64,000 nt of DNA, from positions 24,530,030 through 24,594,029 of the forward strand of contig NC_068983.1 in NCBI RefSeq assembly GCF_001194135.2, written 5' to 3'. Positions 12,487-26,180 of this stretch are shown piece by piece (within the stretch, counting starts at the first letter, position 1; every line of letters starts with the position of its first letter). Under the pieces are notes generated by a model, which saw only the letters and a list, made by a program, of their open reading frames with translations, was not told where the DNA came from and did not search any database. The DNA is from Octopus bimaculoides (Eukaryota). The position numbers and the translations under genes are program-made.

Positions 12487-13769
12487 GGGAGTTACTCTAC
12501 AGATGGGGGACATCACCATCTGTGACTGGGCTGCAACTAGTAATGTTTGATGACATTTCCTGCTAACAAATCGTCTGCTAGCTGTGCACTTTCAAATTCT
12601 TTTGGCATTGAAATTCCCTAACTTGAAAAAAAAAAAAACATTTAACCCTTGCTAGCATGGAGAAAACAGACATTAAACAAATGAAGAAATGAAACAAAGA
12701 GAGATGATACATTTAGTCAGCTGATTTAACTATTTCTGCTTACTTACTTACTCACTGCTAACTCACCACTATTCTCTTCAGTTCTAAAGTTCTGGCACCA
12801 TGCCACAGATCTGGAAGAATATAGATGAGATTATGAGGTATTCATACTTTTTCTCAAAAGTGTTTAGTTGCACAAGGAAGAAGAATTAGCTTTGACTTCG
12901 AATCAGACATGCCATAGTGACATCATAACATCTGCAAGCTTACATCTCTGTACTCTGACCTTCATCACCTTTCAATGAAGTGTTATTAATAGAGGAATTT
13001 CATTACTTTTATTCTGCCTATTAGTTATTTCATGACATTATTTAATGTCATTTCAAATTTGGAGATACATTGCTGTGGTTATCGCTTTTATGCTTACACC
13101 TGCACTGGCACTGGTTAAGCTGCTAGTGCCGTTGACATTGCTGTTAATTAGAATCTTCAAGCCATTACTATTAAACAATGGATCATTTTAGGTTTAGATA
13201 TTTACCATAATTGATTTGGCCTAAATTCTGGAGCTGTTACTTAAATTTGTACATGCTATGCATATCTGATAGTCGAGTGGGTAGCTCTCACTCACTCACT
13301 CAAATATTTTACATTGTTGCACACAGCAAATTTGTTTCACTGCTAACTTTAACATCCTATTACTCATTTTAACAGGATTATTTTGTTTTTTGTTACTTAT
13401 TTTCATATAATTAACAGCGGTAGTAGTGATAATGGTGGTGGTGGTGCTGATGGCATTGCTGGGGTAGACTCAACAAATTTGATGCTATTTTCAAGAGAAT
13501 ACTGTCTCAAGTTTCTATTTATTCACTGTGTCTATGGACTCTCCCCAACTATTTGGACTGTATTTAGTCTTAGTTTACAGTTTATCTTTTCTAACCTGTT
13601 TATTTACTATTTTGAGATATCATCATCATCATCATCATTATTATAGTGTTGTTGTTATTATAATTATACTTAGAAATACCTACTTTTTACCATAATGTAT
13701 TCATATTTTGTGATTCACAGAAAGTGTGTGAGAATTTCATGCTTTCGTTTTGATGTTCAATGATAATTA

Positions 13770-13960
13770 TGTCTTGTTTATGTGAGCGATATTTACAGTA
13801 ACATTGAATTTCTTGATGAAAATCTTTGTAAGTTCTTCTAAACATAGGCTTTTCCAAAGCATCAAGGGTAGTAGATTAGCAAAGCTATAAGAATATCTGG
13901 TTGAATGCCTGCTATTTACTCCAGCTCTTTGCAATCTGAGTTCAACTGACACCTTGGCCA
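13770..13960 (-). mobile_element. Possible L2/Crack-like LINE 3' relic
   Basis: RYSYSFANLLPLMLWKSL...IFIKKFNVTVN loosely fits the SF......LWNSLP...FK..VN terminus. Confidence 0.4.
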
Positions 13961-14156
13961 GCTCACACCAACTCACACCTTGGCCAAACTGAATCCATTG
14001 TCTGGTTTAATCACTAACACCAACACCTGGCATCTTGGGTGCCTTTAGCAGAGTCCTCTCTGCTGAGAGTACCCAAACCCTTAGACTGAGTCACCAGTTT
14101 GGTTATATCTTCCTGGGCTCCACCTGCTTATCTTATTGTAATGGTTCTATAATGGT

Positions 14157-14790
14157 TCATGGGCATTGCTATATCTCCTGACTAAAAATTAGGAAAGGAG
14201 AAAAAAACACTTGCTCCTTTTTTTTCCTTATACTTTGAGAATGCTATTGTCTAAGACCCACACCACTGAAACATTTATATGCTTGTTTATTGATCATGTG
14301 AGCATGAGTTCAAGCCTTATCACTACAGCCATTCTGTTGTGTTCTTAACAAAATATATAGCTTCCTCTCGCTCAAGTTTGCTTTGTTGATTATAAAACTA
14401 GTTCCTGTTCCTCTTTGCAGTTCAGTGGTCTGTGGTAATGGTAATAAACAAGCCATGGAAATTGCTATATCGCCTAACTAAATATATCTCCTGGTAATAA
14501 ATGAGTCATGGGCATTGCTATATCTCCTGATTATAAAACAAGAAAAGGAGAAAAAAACTTGCTGCCTTTTTTTTTTCTTATACTTCAATACTCACATAAC
14601 TAAAAGATTTATGTACTTGTCTATTGACCACATGGGCTTGAGTTCAAATCTTATCACTATAGAAAATCTGTTGTGTTCTTGAGCAAAAAATATAGTTCCT
14701 CTTGATCAAGTCTGCTTTATTGATTATAAAACTGGTTCCTGTCTTTTTTTTTTGTAATCCAGCAGCTTTTGGTAATAAGAAGGGCATAGA
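14157..14790. repeat. Diverged tandem duplication, period about 349 bp
   Basis: tcatgggcattgctatatctcctga at 14157 and 14506 with colinear downstream sequence. Confidence 0.85.
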
Positions 14791-15039
14791 GATGTAAGAA
14801 TAACCATTGCTCTTAAATTAATCCATCCCACCTATGTAGCAAGTAAAAGTGGATATATAAATGTAAAACAAAGCAAACAAAAAACGAAAACAACAAAACA
14901 TTTGCTCAAAGATGTGGTTGTATGGTTAAGGAGCTACCTTTGCAACCATGTTGTTTTGAGTTCAATCCCACTGACAATGGATTCAGTGTGTGTGTGTGTG
15001 TGTGTGTATGTATGAGATGTATACATATGTGTATGTATG

Positions 15040-15480
15040 TATCATCATCATCATCATCATCATCATAATCGTTTAACATCCGCTTTCTATGCTGGCATGG
15101 GTTGGACGGTTTGACTGAGAACTGGCAAACCAGGAGGCTGCACCAGGCTCCAGTCTGATCTGGCAAGGTTTCTACAGCTGGATGCCCTACCGAACGCCAC
15201 TCTGAGAGTGTAGTGAGGTTTTTTTTATGTGCCACTGGCACGGGTGTCAGTCAGGTGGTACTGGCATCAGCCACAATAATGATTTCACTTGACTCAAAAG
15301 GTCTTCTCAAGCACAGTATATTGGTCAATGATTGAAGGCTACTCTTAAACGGGCTGGTTATGAGACACTGGCATAGGCCACTGTTACAGTCTCACTTGGC
15401 ACAGCATAGCTCCAAAGGTCTTGGTCCCTTGTCATTGTCTCTGTGAGGCCCAATGTTTGACAGTTGTGCTTCACTGAGTC
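15040..15480 (-). mobile_element. RTE LINE 3' end with (ATG)n tail
   Basis: VKHNCQTLGLTETMTRDQDLWSYAV matches the RTE C-terminus at 45700-45800; shared 3'UTR; (CAT)n on + at 15042-15065. Confidence 0.8.
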
Positions 15481-16534
15481 TAGAACATTGTGTATATATG
15501 TATGTATGTACGTGTGTATGTATGTATGCATATGTATGGATGCATGTGTGTGTATGTATGTATATATGGATGTATATGTATGCATGTATGTATGCATGTA
15601 TGTGAGTATGTATATGTGTGTATGCATATATGTATATGTATGTTTGTATGTATGTGTGTGTAGTAGTAGTAGTTGTAGTAGTAGTAGTTGTAGTAGTAGT
15701 AGTAGCAGAAACAATCTGACTTATATGTACATCATTCTAATGAAGCTGAACAGTGTAGAAAGTCAGCAATATATCAAGTTGGAGACATTAAGGCCCAAGT
15801 AGGAATCCTAGTCTATGCAATTCCGTTCCAGCAGTGAGGTCATCAAGAGCGATCTTCAGAAATTGTGGTAGCTTGGACTGATTCATTTGTGAGTATTCCC
15901 ATGCATGAAGAGTGTAGTGCAAGTCTGTTTCCATGACATGTGTAGTGTCTGTGTGTGAGTGTTGTTGAAGGAGGGAGTCTGGGTTGTCATGACTCCACTT
16001 TGGAGGGCGTTTTCAAAACTTCATTCCACGGTAGCAGTACAACTTTGGCATGTAGTGCATAGTTTGCAAATAGAGGAAGTGTATTGTCAAATAGTATGAT
16101 AGGATGAAACATGGTAAAACTCATGTATGGGTGTGTTTGGTTTGAAGTAACATGGTTCAGTGGTTAGAGCATTGGGCTCACAATCATGAGGTAGTGAGTT
16201 TGATTCCTGGACTAGAGCAAGACACTTTATTTCATGTTGCTCCAGTTCACACAGCTGTAGAAATGAATTGTGATGTCACTGGTGTCAAGCTGTATCAGTC
16301 TCTGCCTTTCCCTTGGATAACGTCAGTGGCATGGAGAGGAGAGATTGGTATGCATGGGTGACTGCTGGTTTTCCATAAACAATAATGCCTGGATTTGTGC
16401 CTCGGAGGGTAACTTTCTAGATACAATCCCATGGTCATTTGTGATCGAAGGGAGTCTTAAGGTAATTAATACAGAGAATAAAGAATGTGGGAGATACAAC
16501 CAGACCCTCAGATGCACTGAAGTTAATAGAATAA

Positions 16535-16670
16535 TCATCATCAGTTAGTGTTCACTTTCCATGCTGGAAAGATGGTTTGACCGGAACTGGTAAGCTGGAG
16601 CAGTACTAGGTTCCAGTCTGATTTGGCTTGGTTTCTACACTTAGATGCCCTTCTTAATGCCAACCACTCC
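16535..16670 (-). mobile_element. RTE 3'UTR fragment
   Basis: catcatcag...tttccatgct...ctccagtctgat-like...gatgcccttcttaatgccaaccactcc. Confidence 0.55.
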
Positions 16671-17060
16671 ATGGCTAAAGTAGAAGAGTAGAAGACACTT
16701 GCTCAAGGTGCCATGTAGTGGGACTGAACCTAGAGCCATGTGGTTGGGATGTAAGCTTACTTGGGTGGTAGACTTAATTTGTCACCCAGCTTAACACCAC
16801 CATCTGGCACCTTGGTGCCATTTGCAGCATCCATTCTGTTGCAAGTGTTTGACCCCAGGTATCTTTCCTTCCTCCCTCCCTCCCTCCCTCCCTCTCTNNN
16901 NNNNNNNNNNNNNNNNNNNNNNNNNNNNNNNNNNNNNNACCATTATTAGAAATTTTGCAAAGGATCAAAGGCTCTGCATTTTCTTCTTGATTAAATGAAA
17001 AATATTACATCAGTATGGATTGCTTCTGCAGCTACCTCCTCCACAACTGCCACCACCACC

Positions 17061-17131
<71 letters not shown>

Positions 17132-17986
17132 ATTCAGCAATAGCTGAGTTTTGCATTGACATATTTTGAAATAGAAGCAACAATGTCATGTTCTTCACAT
17201 GAATGACAACCATCTCACAACTATGTCATTCTCTGCCATTTTTGCTATGCAGGAGCCACAAATGCTTGAACAGCGTTATAAAATTTTCATTTTAAAGGGA
17301 TTTAGCCTTCACTTTAAAATTAAGAACCACTTCATTTGCAGAGTGGCTTTAAACTTTAATACTATAATCTGTACAGTTTATGGAATGTTGTTTCCACATA
17401 TGGAGTAAATTATCATTATCCTTGATTTTTATTTCCTTTTTAAAAGTATTTCATGTGAAATGCATTGTCGCCAGCTGTGATCTTGCAGCAGCTTCTTCTA
17501 TGCATTCGCTTCCTCTTACCTTCTCCATATAATCTTCTTGCTATATATTGAATTTTTAAAATCATGTCGGTGTGTAGGTATAAGCAAGCATATAGTTAGG
17601 AAGTTTGCTTTGTAACCGTATGACTTAGGGTTTGATTTTACTATGTAATACTGTGGGTAGGCACTTTCTACTATAGCCTTGGGTTTACCAATGCCTTGTG
17701 AGTGGAATTCATAGCTGGAGACTGTAAGAAGTCCATTATATAAAGTTGTGTGTGTGGTGTGTGTGTATGTGTGTTTTTCTCGTTTTCCTCTGAAGTTGTT
17801 TGTGCATTATTAAAAATACCACCGTCCATACAATTGGTATCATTGATTTACAATCTGCCACAAACCATTGTGTAGCTACTGAGTTGTCCATTGGGCTCAG
17901 GGTAAATATTACTGTTTGGAAACAACGAAGGGTTGGTGATTAGAAGAGCATCTGCCTAAATATCTTCATATGACCCAAATCATCAT

Positions 17987-18172
17987 GGATGTGGAGACAT
18001 GTGGCCTAGTGGTTTTGGGTGTCGGACTCATGATCGTAAGAGTGTGGTTTCAATTCCTGGATTGGGCAACACGTGTTCTTGAGTAAAACACTTAATCTTT
18101 TCAAGTTGCTCCAGTCCATTCATCTAGCAAAAGTGAGTAACCCTGCAATGGACTGGCATCCCATCCAAAGGG
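17987..18172 (+). mobile_element. SINE D-type copy (others at 16135-16460 +, 20130-20345 -, 20500-20685 -, 21205-21365 -)
   Basis: tggcctagtggtt head, ttcaattcc B-box, ttcttgagtaaaacactt...ttgctccagtcc core. Confidence 0.6.
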
Positions 18173-18332
18173 TAATATACATTCATACATATATCTACAG
18201 GGTGTCCACCAAGTGTGGCTACATGGAGTAAATAAAATCATAACATGAACAATTAAATATAAGAAATAATAATTTCTTAAAGTATGTGTTAATCCCCATG
18301 TACCCAGACTTTGTGGACGCCCTGTATGTATG

Positions 18333-18378
<46 letters not shown>

Positions 18379-18614
18379 ACAGAAATCAGGAAACTGGCCC
18401 TTATGAGTTCATGTGGTTTGAGAAGGATGTTTTATCCTTATCAAATCATTATAGAAAAGTGGACAATAAAATAATGATGATTGTGATGGGGAAGAGAATG
18501 GAGATGATATTAATTTATCAAGAAAAGAAAATAGATGTTTCATTGAATACACAAATGATTTTTGGGAATTTAGTGAACATTTGAAACTATTTTGGAGATT
18601 GAGTAGTTGGATTT

Positions 18615-18990
18615 TCAGGCATGGCTACATGGTTAAGAAGCTTGCTTCCCAACTATGTGGTCATGGGTTCAGCCCCTCAGTGCAGCACCTTGGGCTATAA
18701 CCCTGAGCCTATCAAAACCTTATAAGTGGATTTATTAGACGGGACTGAAAGAAGCCCATTATGTGTGTGTGTGTGCGCATACCCCTGTCTTGACTTCATA
18801 TGGTGGTTGTAAATGAGTATCTCTGTCAAACAAATGGTGTTGTTCATTTCCAGTCATCTGTGAAAAACCTGTCTGATTATGTAGGAACCTTACTTGGTTG
18901 GTGACAGGCTTTAGAAAATCTGCTTCGACATATACCAACTGACCCATGCAGGCATGGAAATGTAGGCATTAAATTATGATGATGACTATT
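18615..18990 (+). mobile_element. SINE F copy
   Basis: SINE A head then ...gacccatgcaggcatggaaatgtaggcattaaattatgatgatga. Confidence 0.6.
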
Positions 18991-20012
18991 TTTGTGTAGA
19001 CAGTGTAGTAACACAGGGATACCAATGAAGACACTCTACCTCCTTCCATAGTGTATCCTGAGACAATCTTCACTTTATAACCTATATCCACAGAGGTAGT
19101 TGAATTCATTGCTGCAAGCTACCAAACTGTTTGCCACAATTACAGACCTGGTTCTGCATTTACTATTCCGGCTCTGTAGAAATTATTTACATGTGGATTA
19201 TTTGAAAGTTAATCAGATTGGTATATTCACAACATTCTAGTAATAATGAGATACAAACCAGTGAGCTCTCATTTAGTTCTTCAGTACCCTGGCCACTTGG
19301 CTATATGTTCTCTCTATCTCTACTCTTGTCGATGTCAAAGATTAGACGCATTCATTTTCTTAATCTGAAATGTTTGCTTAATCTAAAAATCCATTTTGAT
19401 AGTATAGAGTCTTCAGTAACTGAATACTTCTTAATTTTGAGAACATTGTAGCTATAATGTGCTTATTTCTGTTAATTCTTAACTTTTTTCATCTTCTTTG
19501 GTTTGATATATTACAAAAGTAACACAAACTATAACCAGGATATAACCATGATATATATAACATCATTATTTAATGCATGTGCCTGTGCGTGTGTGTTTAG
19601 TTGTATACATGTCTGTGTGTGTCTATATATATGTGTGCACAGAGAACAGTTTTTTTTTTTCAGACATGTTATATTAAAAGCACAACTATGTTCAAGATTG
19701 ATATTTTTAAAAAAAATTTTATTTGTTTTTTTTTTTGTGTATTTCCTTATATATCATGAAATCTATCTTGATTTACTGTTATATAATATTAAATCTGGCA
19801 TTGAAAATTTTATCAGTTTTAAAATCATTCTCAAGGCCCCTTTTGCAACTTGCTAACAAAAGTTTAATTCTAAATTGAGATTGTGAAAGGCACAAAACGG
19901 CAATCTTATGGATTTGGAAACATTATTCTACTAAACTAGCAAAAATACAGAATTTATAAGGAAATAAAAAAAATATTGTTTTTAGTGTATCATATGCACA
20001 CACACACACACA

Positions 20013-20043
<31 letters not shown>

Positions 20044-20764
20044 AATCACAGCTGTCACACAGAAGTAAGTATGACTTAGTAACATATACCATGCTTTTGT
20101 AATTTGTTTTAGGTGCTCATGTAGTTGCAAGCAAAATGAAACTCCGTTGGCCTTCCCTTCTTTGATCCAATGAAACATGAAAGATGTGACAGCTGGGGAA
20201 AGAGAGAGAGGGCTGCACTGTCGCTCAGCTGATGTGCTCCTTTTCAGTTGAGTTGGCTGAAGCAATGTGAAATGTAGTGTCTTGCTCAAGGACACAATAT
20301 ACCATCTAGTTTTGGAATGAAACCAAGAATCTTATGACACTCCTCTCACCAGTACATGCATGCACTCACACGCATGCATACACACATACACACAGATACA
20401 CACCCACACATGTAAAAAAAGGATCAAAGGTCCTTTCCAAGTAATAGGCTCATATGGCTGCCTGGTTTCTCCAGATTCTATAATGTCTATATCCCCACCT
20501 TCACTGGATAGGATGCCAGTCCATTGCAAGATTACTCACTTTTGCCATCTGGGTGAACTGGAGCAACAGGAAATAAAGTGTCTTGCGCAAGAATATAATG
20601 CATTGCCTAGTACGGGAATGGAAACCACAATTGTATAGTCATAAGCACATACTTTACCCACTAAGTCACACACCTCCACCACAATATCAAAGATCAGGGA
20701 GATCAGAGGTCCTTCCTGAGCCATAGGCCCATAAGGCCAGTTTACCAGATTTTGTGGCACCTAT

Positions 20765-20982
20765 TCTCTCTCTTTTAATTGTTTCAGTCATTTGACTGTG
20801 GCCATGCTGGAGCACCGCCTTTAGTCGAACAAATCGACCCCGGACTTATTCTTTGTAAGTCTAGTACTTATTCTATCGATCTCTTTTGCTGAACCGCTAA
20901 GTTACAGGGACGTAAGCACACCAGCATTGGTTGTCAAGCGATGTTGGGGAGGACAAACACAGACACACAAATATATACACAC

Positions 20983-21027
<45 letters not shown>

Positions 21028-21195
21028 TACAACGGGCTTCTTTCAGTTTCTGCCTACCAAATCCACTCAGAAGGCTCTGGTCGGCCTGAGGCTATAGCAG
21101 AAGACACTTGCTCAAGGTGCCACGCTGTGGGAATGAACCCAGTACCATGTGGTTGGTAAGCAAGCTACTTACCACACAGCCACTCCTGCGCTTAT
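20765..21195 (-). mobile_element. SINE A, full length
   Basis: High identity to the other copies. Confidence 0.85.
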
Positions 21196-21789
21196 ATTCA
21201 TCCCACCGAATGGGATGCTAGTCTGTTGCAGGATTACTCATTTTTGTTAGCAACTCGAAATGAAGTGTTTTGCTGAAGAACACAATGCAACACCAGGTTC
21301 AGGAAGTGAAACCACAATCTTATGCTTATGAGAGCAACATCCTAAACATTAAGCCACATGCCTACACACAGCACTATCTTTATGGCTGTAAAGCTTTGAT
21401 TGTAACTTGAAGCACTTACCTCTGTTAAACTGCCTTTTGATATTTCATGGAAATTTAAAAATTTTGAAACGTAAACATAAAAAAAAAATTAAAAAATCAA
21501 TATTGGAAAATAGACCAGTTTTTTTTTATTTGTTTTTGTTTTTGTCTTTTTTTTTCTGTATTATTTCACTTTAGATATTGATTGATATTAATCTGTTTAT
21601 GAAAAAATTGCTTTTTTACTTTTTCTGAAATTTGAAAAAACAAACAAATAAACAAAACAAAAAAAAACAAATGTTTTTGTGAATGATTTTAGCAGTTAGA
21701 AGAGTATTTAATGTGGTTGTATTAAATAATTTATAAGTCTTTGCGTGTAGTGTTCAATATCTTGTCCCTGCATTTCACTTGGCCTGGGT

Positions 21790-22404
21790 GTTTAGTGAAT
21801 TGGCAGACTTGTTAGCATGCTGGTCAAAATGCTTGATAGTATTTCATTTGAATTTAGGTTCTGAGTTCAAATGTCGCCAAGTTCATCTTTGCCTTTCATC
21901 CTTTGAAAGTTGATAAAATAAGTGACCAGTTGAGCACTGTGGTCAATGTAATTGAGTAACCTCCCCCTCTGCCAAAATTTCATACCTTCTCCTTATCTGC
22001 CAAGCAAAATTCTTAGCAGCCTTTCTTCTGCCTCTATGGTCTGAGTTCAAATTCCGCCGAGGTCGACTTTACCTTTCATTCCCTCAGGGTCGATAAATTA
22101 AGCACCAGTTTAAGTACTGGGGTCAATGTGATCAACTATCCCCCTCCCCCAAATTTCAGGCCTTGTGCCTTTAGTAGAAAGGATTATTATTATCATTAAG
22201 GCAGAATCGTTAGCATGCTGGGTAAAATGCTTGGCGGCATTTTAACTGTCTTTACGTTTTGAGTTTAGATTCCGTTAGGGTCGACTTTGCCTTTCATCCT
22301 TTCAGAGTGAATAAATTAAGTATCAGTGAAATGCTGGAGTCAATGTAATCAACTAGTCCCTTCCTCCAAAATTTCAGACCGTGTGTTTTTAGTAGAAAGA
22401 ATTT

Positions 22405-22440
<36 letters not shown>

Positions 22441-22680
22441 TTATTAAGGTGGCAATCTGACAGAAATGTTGGCATGCTGAGTGAAATGCTTAGGCATATT
22501 TCACCCGTCACTACGTTCTGAGTTCAAATTCTGCCAAGGTTGACTTTGCCTTTCATCCGTTCAGGGTCGATAAATTAAGTACCAGTGAAACACTGGGGTT
22601 GGTGCAAGCGACTTCTCCCCCCCCCCAAATTTCAGGCCTTGTACCTATAATAGAAAGATTATTATTATTATTATTATTAT
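21790..22680 (+). mobile_element. Array of four head-to-tail SINE B copies
   Basis: Each unit has ggcagaatcgttagc (A-box-like), gagttcaaatt (B-box), gtcgactttgcctttcatcc...gtcgataaattaagtacc and an (ATT)n or (GTT)n linker. Confidence 0.8.
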
Positions 22681-22881
22681 TTCATGTTTGACTTTTGTTT
22701 TGCATTTGTACAAGTTGGATCCAAGTCTCACCCAGAGACCTCAAGAGACAACAAGTTAGAAGTTCATGTAGGTGTTATGCCTAGGGTACCATATATTTGG
22801 ATTTGTCCAGTTTTGTTCAAGTGAATGTTTAAGAAACCATAAGAAAATTATGTGTTTGCTTTAAAATTTGAGATCACATAG
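22670..22881 (-). mobile_element. Probable Dong/R4-type LINE 3'UTR (body in N-gap)
   Basis: Minus strand leaves the gap as ...CT ATG TGA, runs about 200 nt and ends in (AAT)n shared with an adjacent SINE tail. Family assignment is from recall only. Confidence 0.45.
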
Positions 22882-23098
22882 NNNNNNNNNNNNNNNNNNN
22901 NNNNNNNNNNNNNNNNNNNNNNNNNNNNNNNNNNNNNNNNNNNNNNNNNNNNNNNNNNNNNNNNNNNNNNNNNNNNNNNNNNNNNNNNNNNNNNNNNNNN
23001 NNNNNNNNNNNNNNNNNNNNNNNNNNNNNNNNNNNNNNNNNNNNNNNNNNNNNNNNNNNNNNNNNNNNNNNNNNNNNNNNNNNNNNNNNNNNNNNNNN

Positions 23099-23470
23099 GT
23101 GTGGAGGCACAATGGCCCAGTGGTTAGGGCAGCAGACTCGCGGTCATAGGATCACGGTTTCGATTCCCAGACCGAGTGTTGTGAGTGTTTATTGAGCGAA
23201 AACACCTAAAGCTCCACAAGGCTCTGGGCAAGGGATGGTGGCGAACCCTGCTGTACTCATTCACCACAACTTTCTCTCACTCTTACTTCCTGTTTCTGTT
23301 GTACCTGTATTTCAAAGGGCCAGCCTTGTCACACTGTGTCACACTGAATATCCCCGACAACTACGTTAAGGGTACACGTGTCTATGGAGTGCTCAGCCAC
23401 TTGTATGTTAATTTCACGAGCAGGCTGTTCTGTTGATCAGATCAACTGGAACCTCGACGGAGTGCCAACA
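23099..23470 (+). mobile_element. SINE C (distinct tRNA-derived head), full length
   Basis: tggcccagtggttagggcagc...gtttcgattccc head; body ends gatcaactggaacc...gacggagtgccaac. Confidence 0.8.
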
Positions 23471-23999
23471 ACAATTATTATTGCACACTTGAAGTTCCTG
23501 AAATTCCGACTCTCATTATTATATATTTGCAATACACTATTGACAGCATCTGCATCATGTCTTATACAATGCAATTATGATCCACATTGTCAATGTCACT
23601 GAAATAGCTGTGACATCAATAATCTCACTGAGCCAAAGCATGGCGCTGGATGTGCACTGCTAGAAATAAGTGCTGATCAACAACAGTTATCATGCTTTGA
23701 TATCTTTAGATCTGTTTCCATTACTTCCTGTCATATCATTTATCTTTCTTACTCTTGTGGGCATCACAGAAGATAGTCATTTAATTATGTTATTGGTTGG
23801 TATTAGACTAAATTGAAACAAAAAAAAAACAAAACAAGACAAAAGGCATTAAGTGGACTGACAAGGTTTGAATGATGTTGTATTATTTGTCAGGTAACCT
23901 CATTATTGATCCCACCATAAAGTGCCTGCTATTCCCACTTCTCGAATTAGGAACTATAAATGTTTTTTTTTTTATTGTTTTTATCTATGTTGTTTTATT

Positions 24000-24372
24000 C
24001 CAATGGCCCAGTGGTTAGGGCAGCGGACTCATGGTCATAGGATCGCAGTTTCGATTCCCAGACCGGGCGTTGTGAGTGTTTATTGAGCAAAAACACCTAA
24101 AGCTCCATGAGGCTCCGTCAGGGGATGTTGACAAACCCTGCTGTACTCTTTCACCACAACTTTCTCTCACTCTTACTTCCTGTTTCTGTTGTGCCTGTAA
24201 TTCAAAGGGTCAACCTTGTCACACTGTGTCACGTTGAATATCCCCGAGAACTACGGTAAGAGTACACGTGTCTGTGGAGTGCTCAGCCACTTTCACGTTA
24301 ATTTCACGAGCAGGTTGTTCCGTTGATCGGATCAACTGGAACCCTTGACGTCTTAAGCGACATAGTGCCAAC
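24000..24372 (+). mobile_element. SINE C second copy
   Basis: Colinear with 23099-23470 at high identity. Confidence 0.8.
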
Positions 24373-25983
24373 AATCTTGCTTCACAGATTATTTTGTCAG
24401 CTTCTTTACACTTTTACTATCATGGTTCTCTTTATAACAAATATGACAAGGTGTCCCTTCCCCATTTAATGTTTGCATTGAGAATTATGAACAATTTTTT
24501 TACCAATAGAGAAAATGTTGTGATGATATGCTCATGTTCATGGCGTATAATTTATATGCCTTGAAGTTAATAATGATTGCTAGCTCAAGAAATTGATTAA
24601 ATGAGGAATCTAAACCATAATATCTATTAAAATTCATAAAATAAGATAAGTCTGTGTGCTGTGAGGAGAGATGAGTTCTGTTTGGATATTTTAACAAGGG
24701 CCTTTTGTAATTGCTATGAATAAAGAACTGAAGGGGAAAATAGTAACTAAGTACTGGCTATTGGATAAGAAAATTAATTAACTAAAGGTATTGTGTAAAA
24801 GTCAATGCTGTGTGCCGAGTATCACAGTTTAAGTAGGAAGCTCAAAGCAAGCCATGTCTACAACCCTGGTTTGAATCTGCATGATTCCATTACTTCACTT
24901 ATTTCTATGAGAAAGATATGAACACCATGACTTTCACCCCCCACTTTCTGTTCTGAATTCAATAATGCTGATCCTCTGTTGATAGCGGCTTCTGAACACT
25001 AACAACCAAGCAATTGCATGCATTTATTATATCATTACACTGAATAATACATATTTATGCTATATATTTCCAATGACCATCGTAGAGATTATAACTTTAA
25101 TATCTCTGGTATAATAAAAGCTCATGTGTCTGTCTTTCTGTCTGTATCTCTAGGGTTCCTTTGTTGTGTGCTGATTTTAATTAACATTTTATATTTTCAC
25201 ATCATGCAGATTATAAGTGCTTGGTTAGTGAGACATGGGTCTCAGATATTAAAGATATGTAGAGGGTGGTTGGAGAGCAATGAGACAAATACGACCAAGA
25301 CAATGCCATAATATTAATCCGCACGAAAGGCTGAGCACGAACTGAAAGCTGAGAGAGTTGCTGGACATTGCAAGCTTCAGCCTATGTATTCAAAAGAGTA
25401 TACTCTGTTTCTGTGTATATGTGATACAAATAGGTATATACTAGGTGGGAAAAATGCTGTGTGATGTTGGTGGAGGTTGCATACATCAGAGGAAGAACAA
25501 CAAAAGTATGGGGGGAAATTTATGAAGTCAGATTTGAGCATGTTGGGCTTCACAGGAGAAAAAACAAGGACTACAAAAATATCCAGAGGAATGGCAATAA
25601 GCTGAATTTCAAATCTTCCCAGCCTAGGCCAAAAGCAACAATAACCAAACACAATATCGTTAGCTAATTAATTTTGGCATAGCTCAGATTCGCCTGTCAT
25701 GCAGTGTATTGCATTTCTCATTTTGATCTTCTGCAGTCTAGTTTCTGAAACTTAAATCCTGAGATTTGACTTCGTAATCTTCCTCCCCACCCCCATATCC
25801 TTTCTGTTCTTTCTTTGACCTGGGCAGCTTCCCACAGAACCACACAGCACTTTTTCCATCTAGTATTTATCGCATCTATTTGTGTCACATTTCCATAGCA
25901 ACACAGTATAGTTTTTGAATACATTAACTGATGCTTGCTATGCCCATTATTGAAAACAAAGATAATGAACTTATAATAATTCT

Positions 25984-26112
25984 GTCGTGCACATATGGTT
26001 GTGATGCATGTGCCTGGTGTACCCTTATCAGATGGGTAGTCATGATGGGTATAATGGGCTTCATATATTTTGTCCCAGTGTCACTTTGATGGCATGCACT
26101 GCTCTCTCACTC
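25984..26112 (+). mobile_element. 5'-truncated copy of the same element with (AAT)n tail
   Basis: gcacatatggttgtgatgcatgtgcctggtgtaccctta...gtgtcactttgatggc is shared with 26905-27014; tail at 26113-26230. Confidence 0.6.

Positions 26113-26180
<68 letters not shown>

Noticed and set aside
23099-23175. tRNA gene
   Set aside because: A tRNA-like head continues into a repeated SINE body and no proper acceptor stem is evident; the same holds for the other SINE heads.
25310-25700. Purine-rich island with short ORFs on both strands
   Set aside because: No coherent frame, splice pair or motif could be established.
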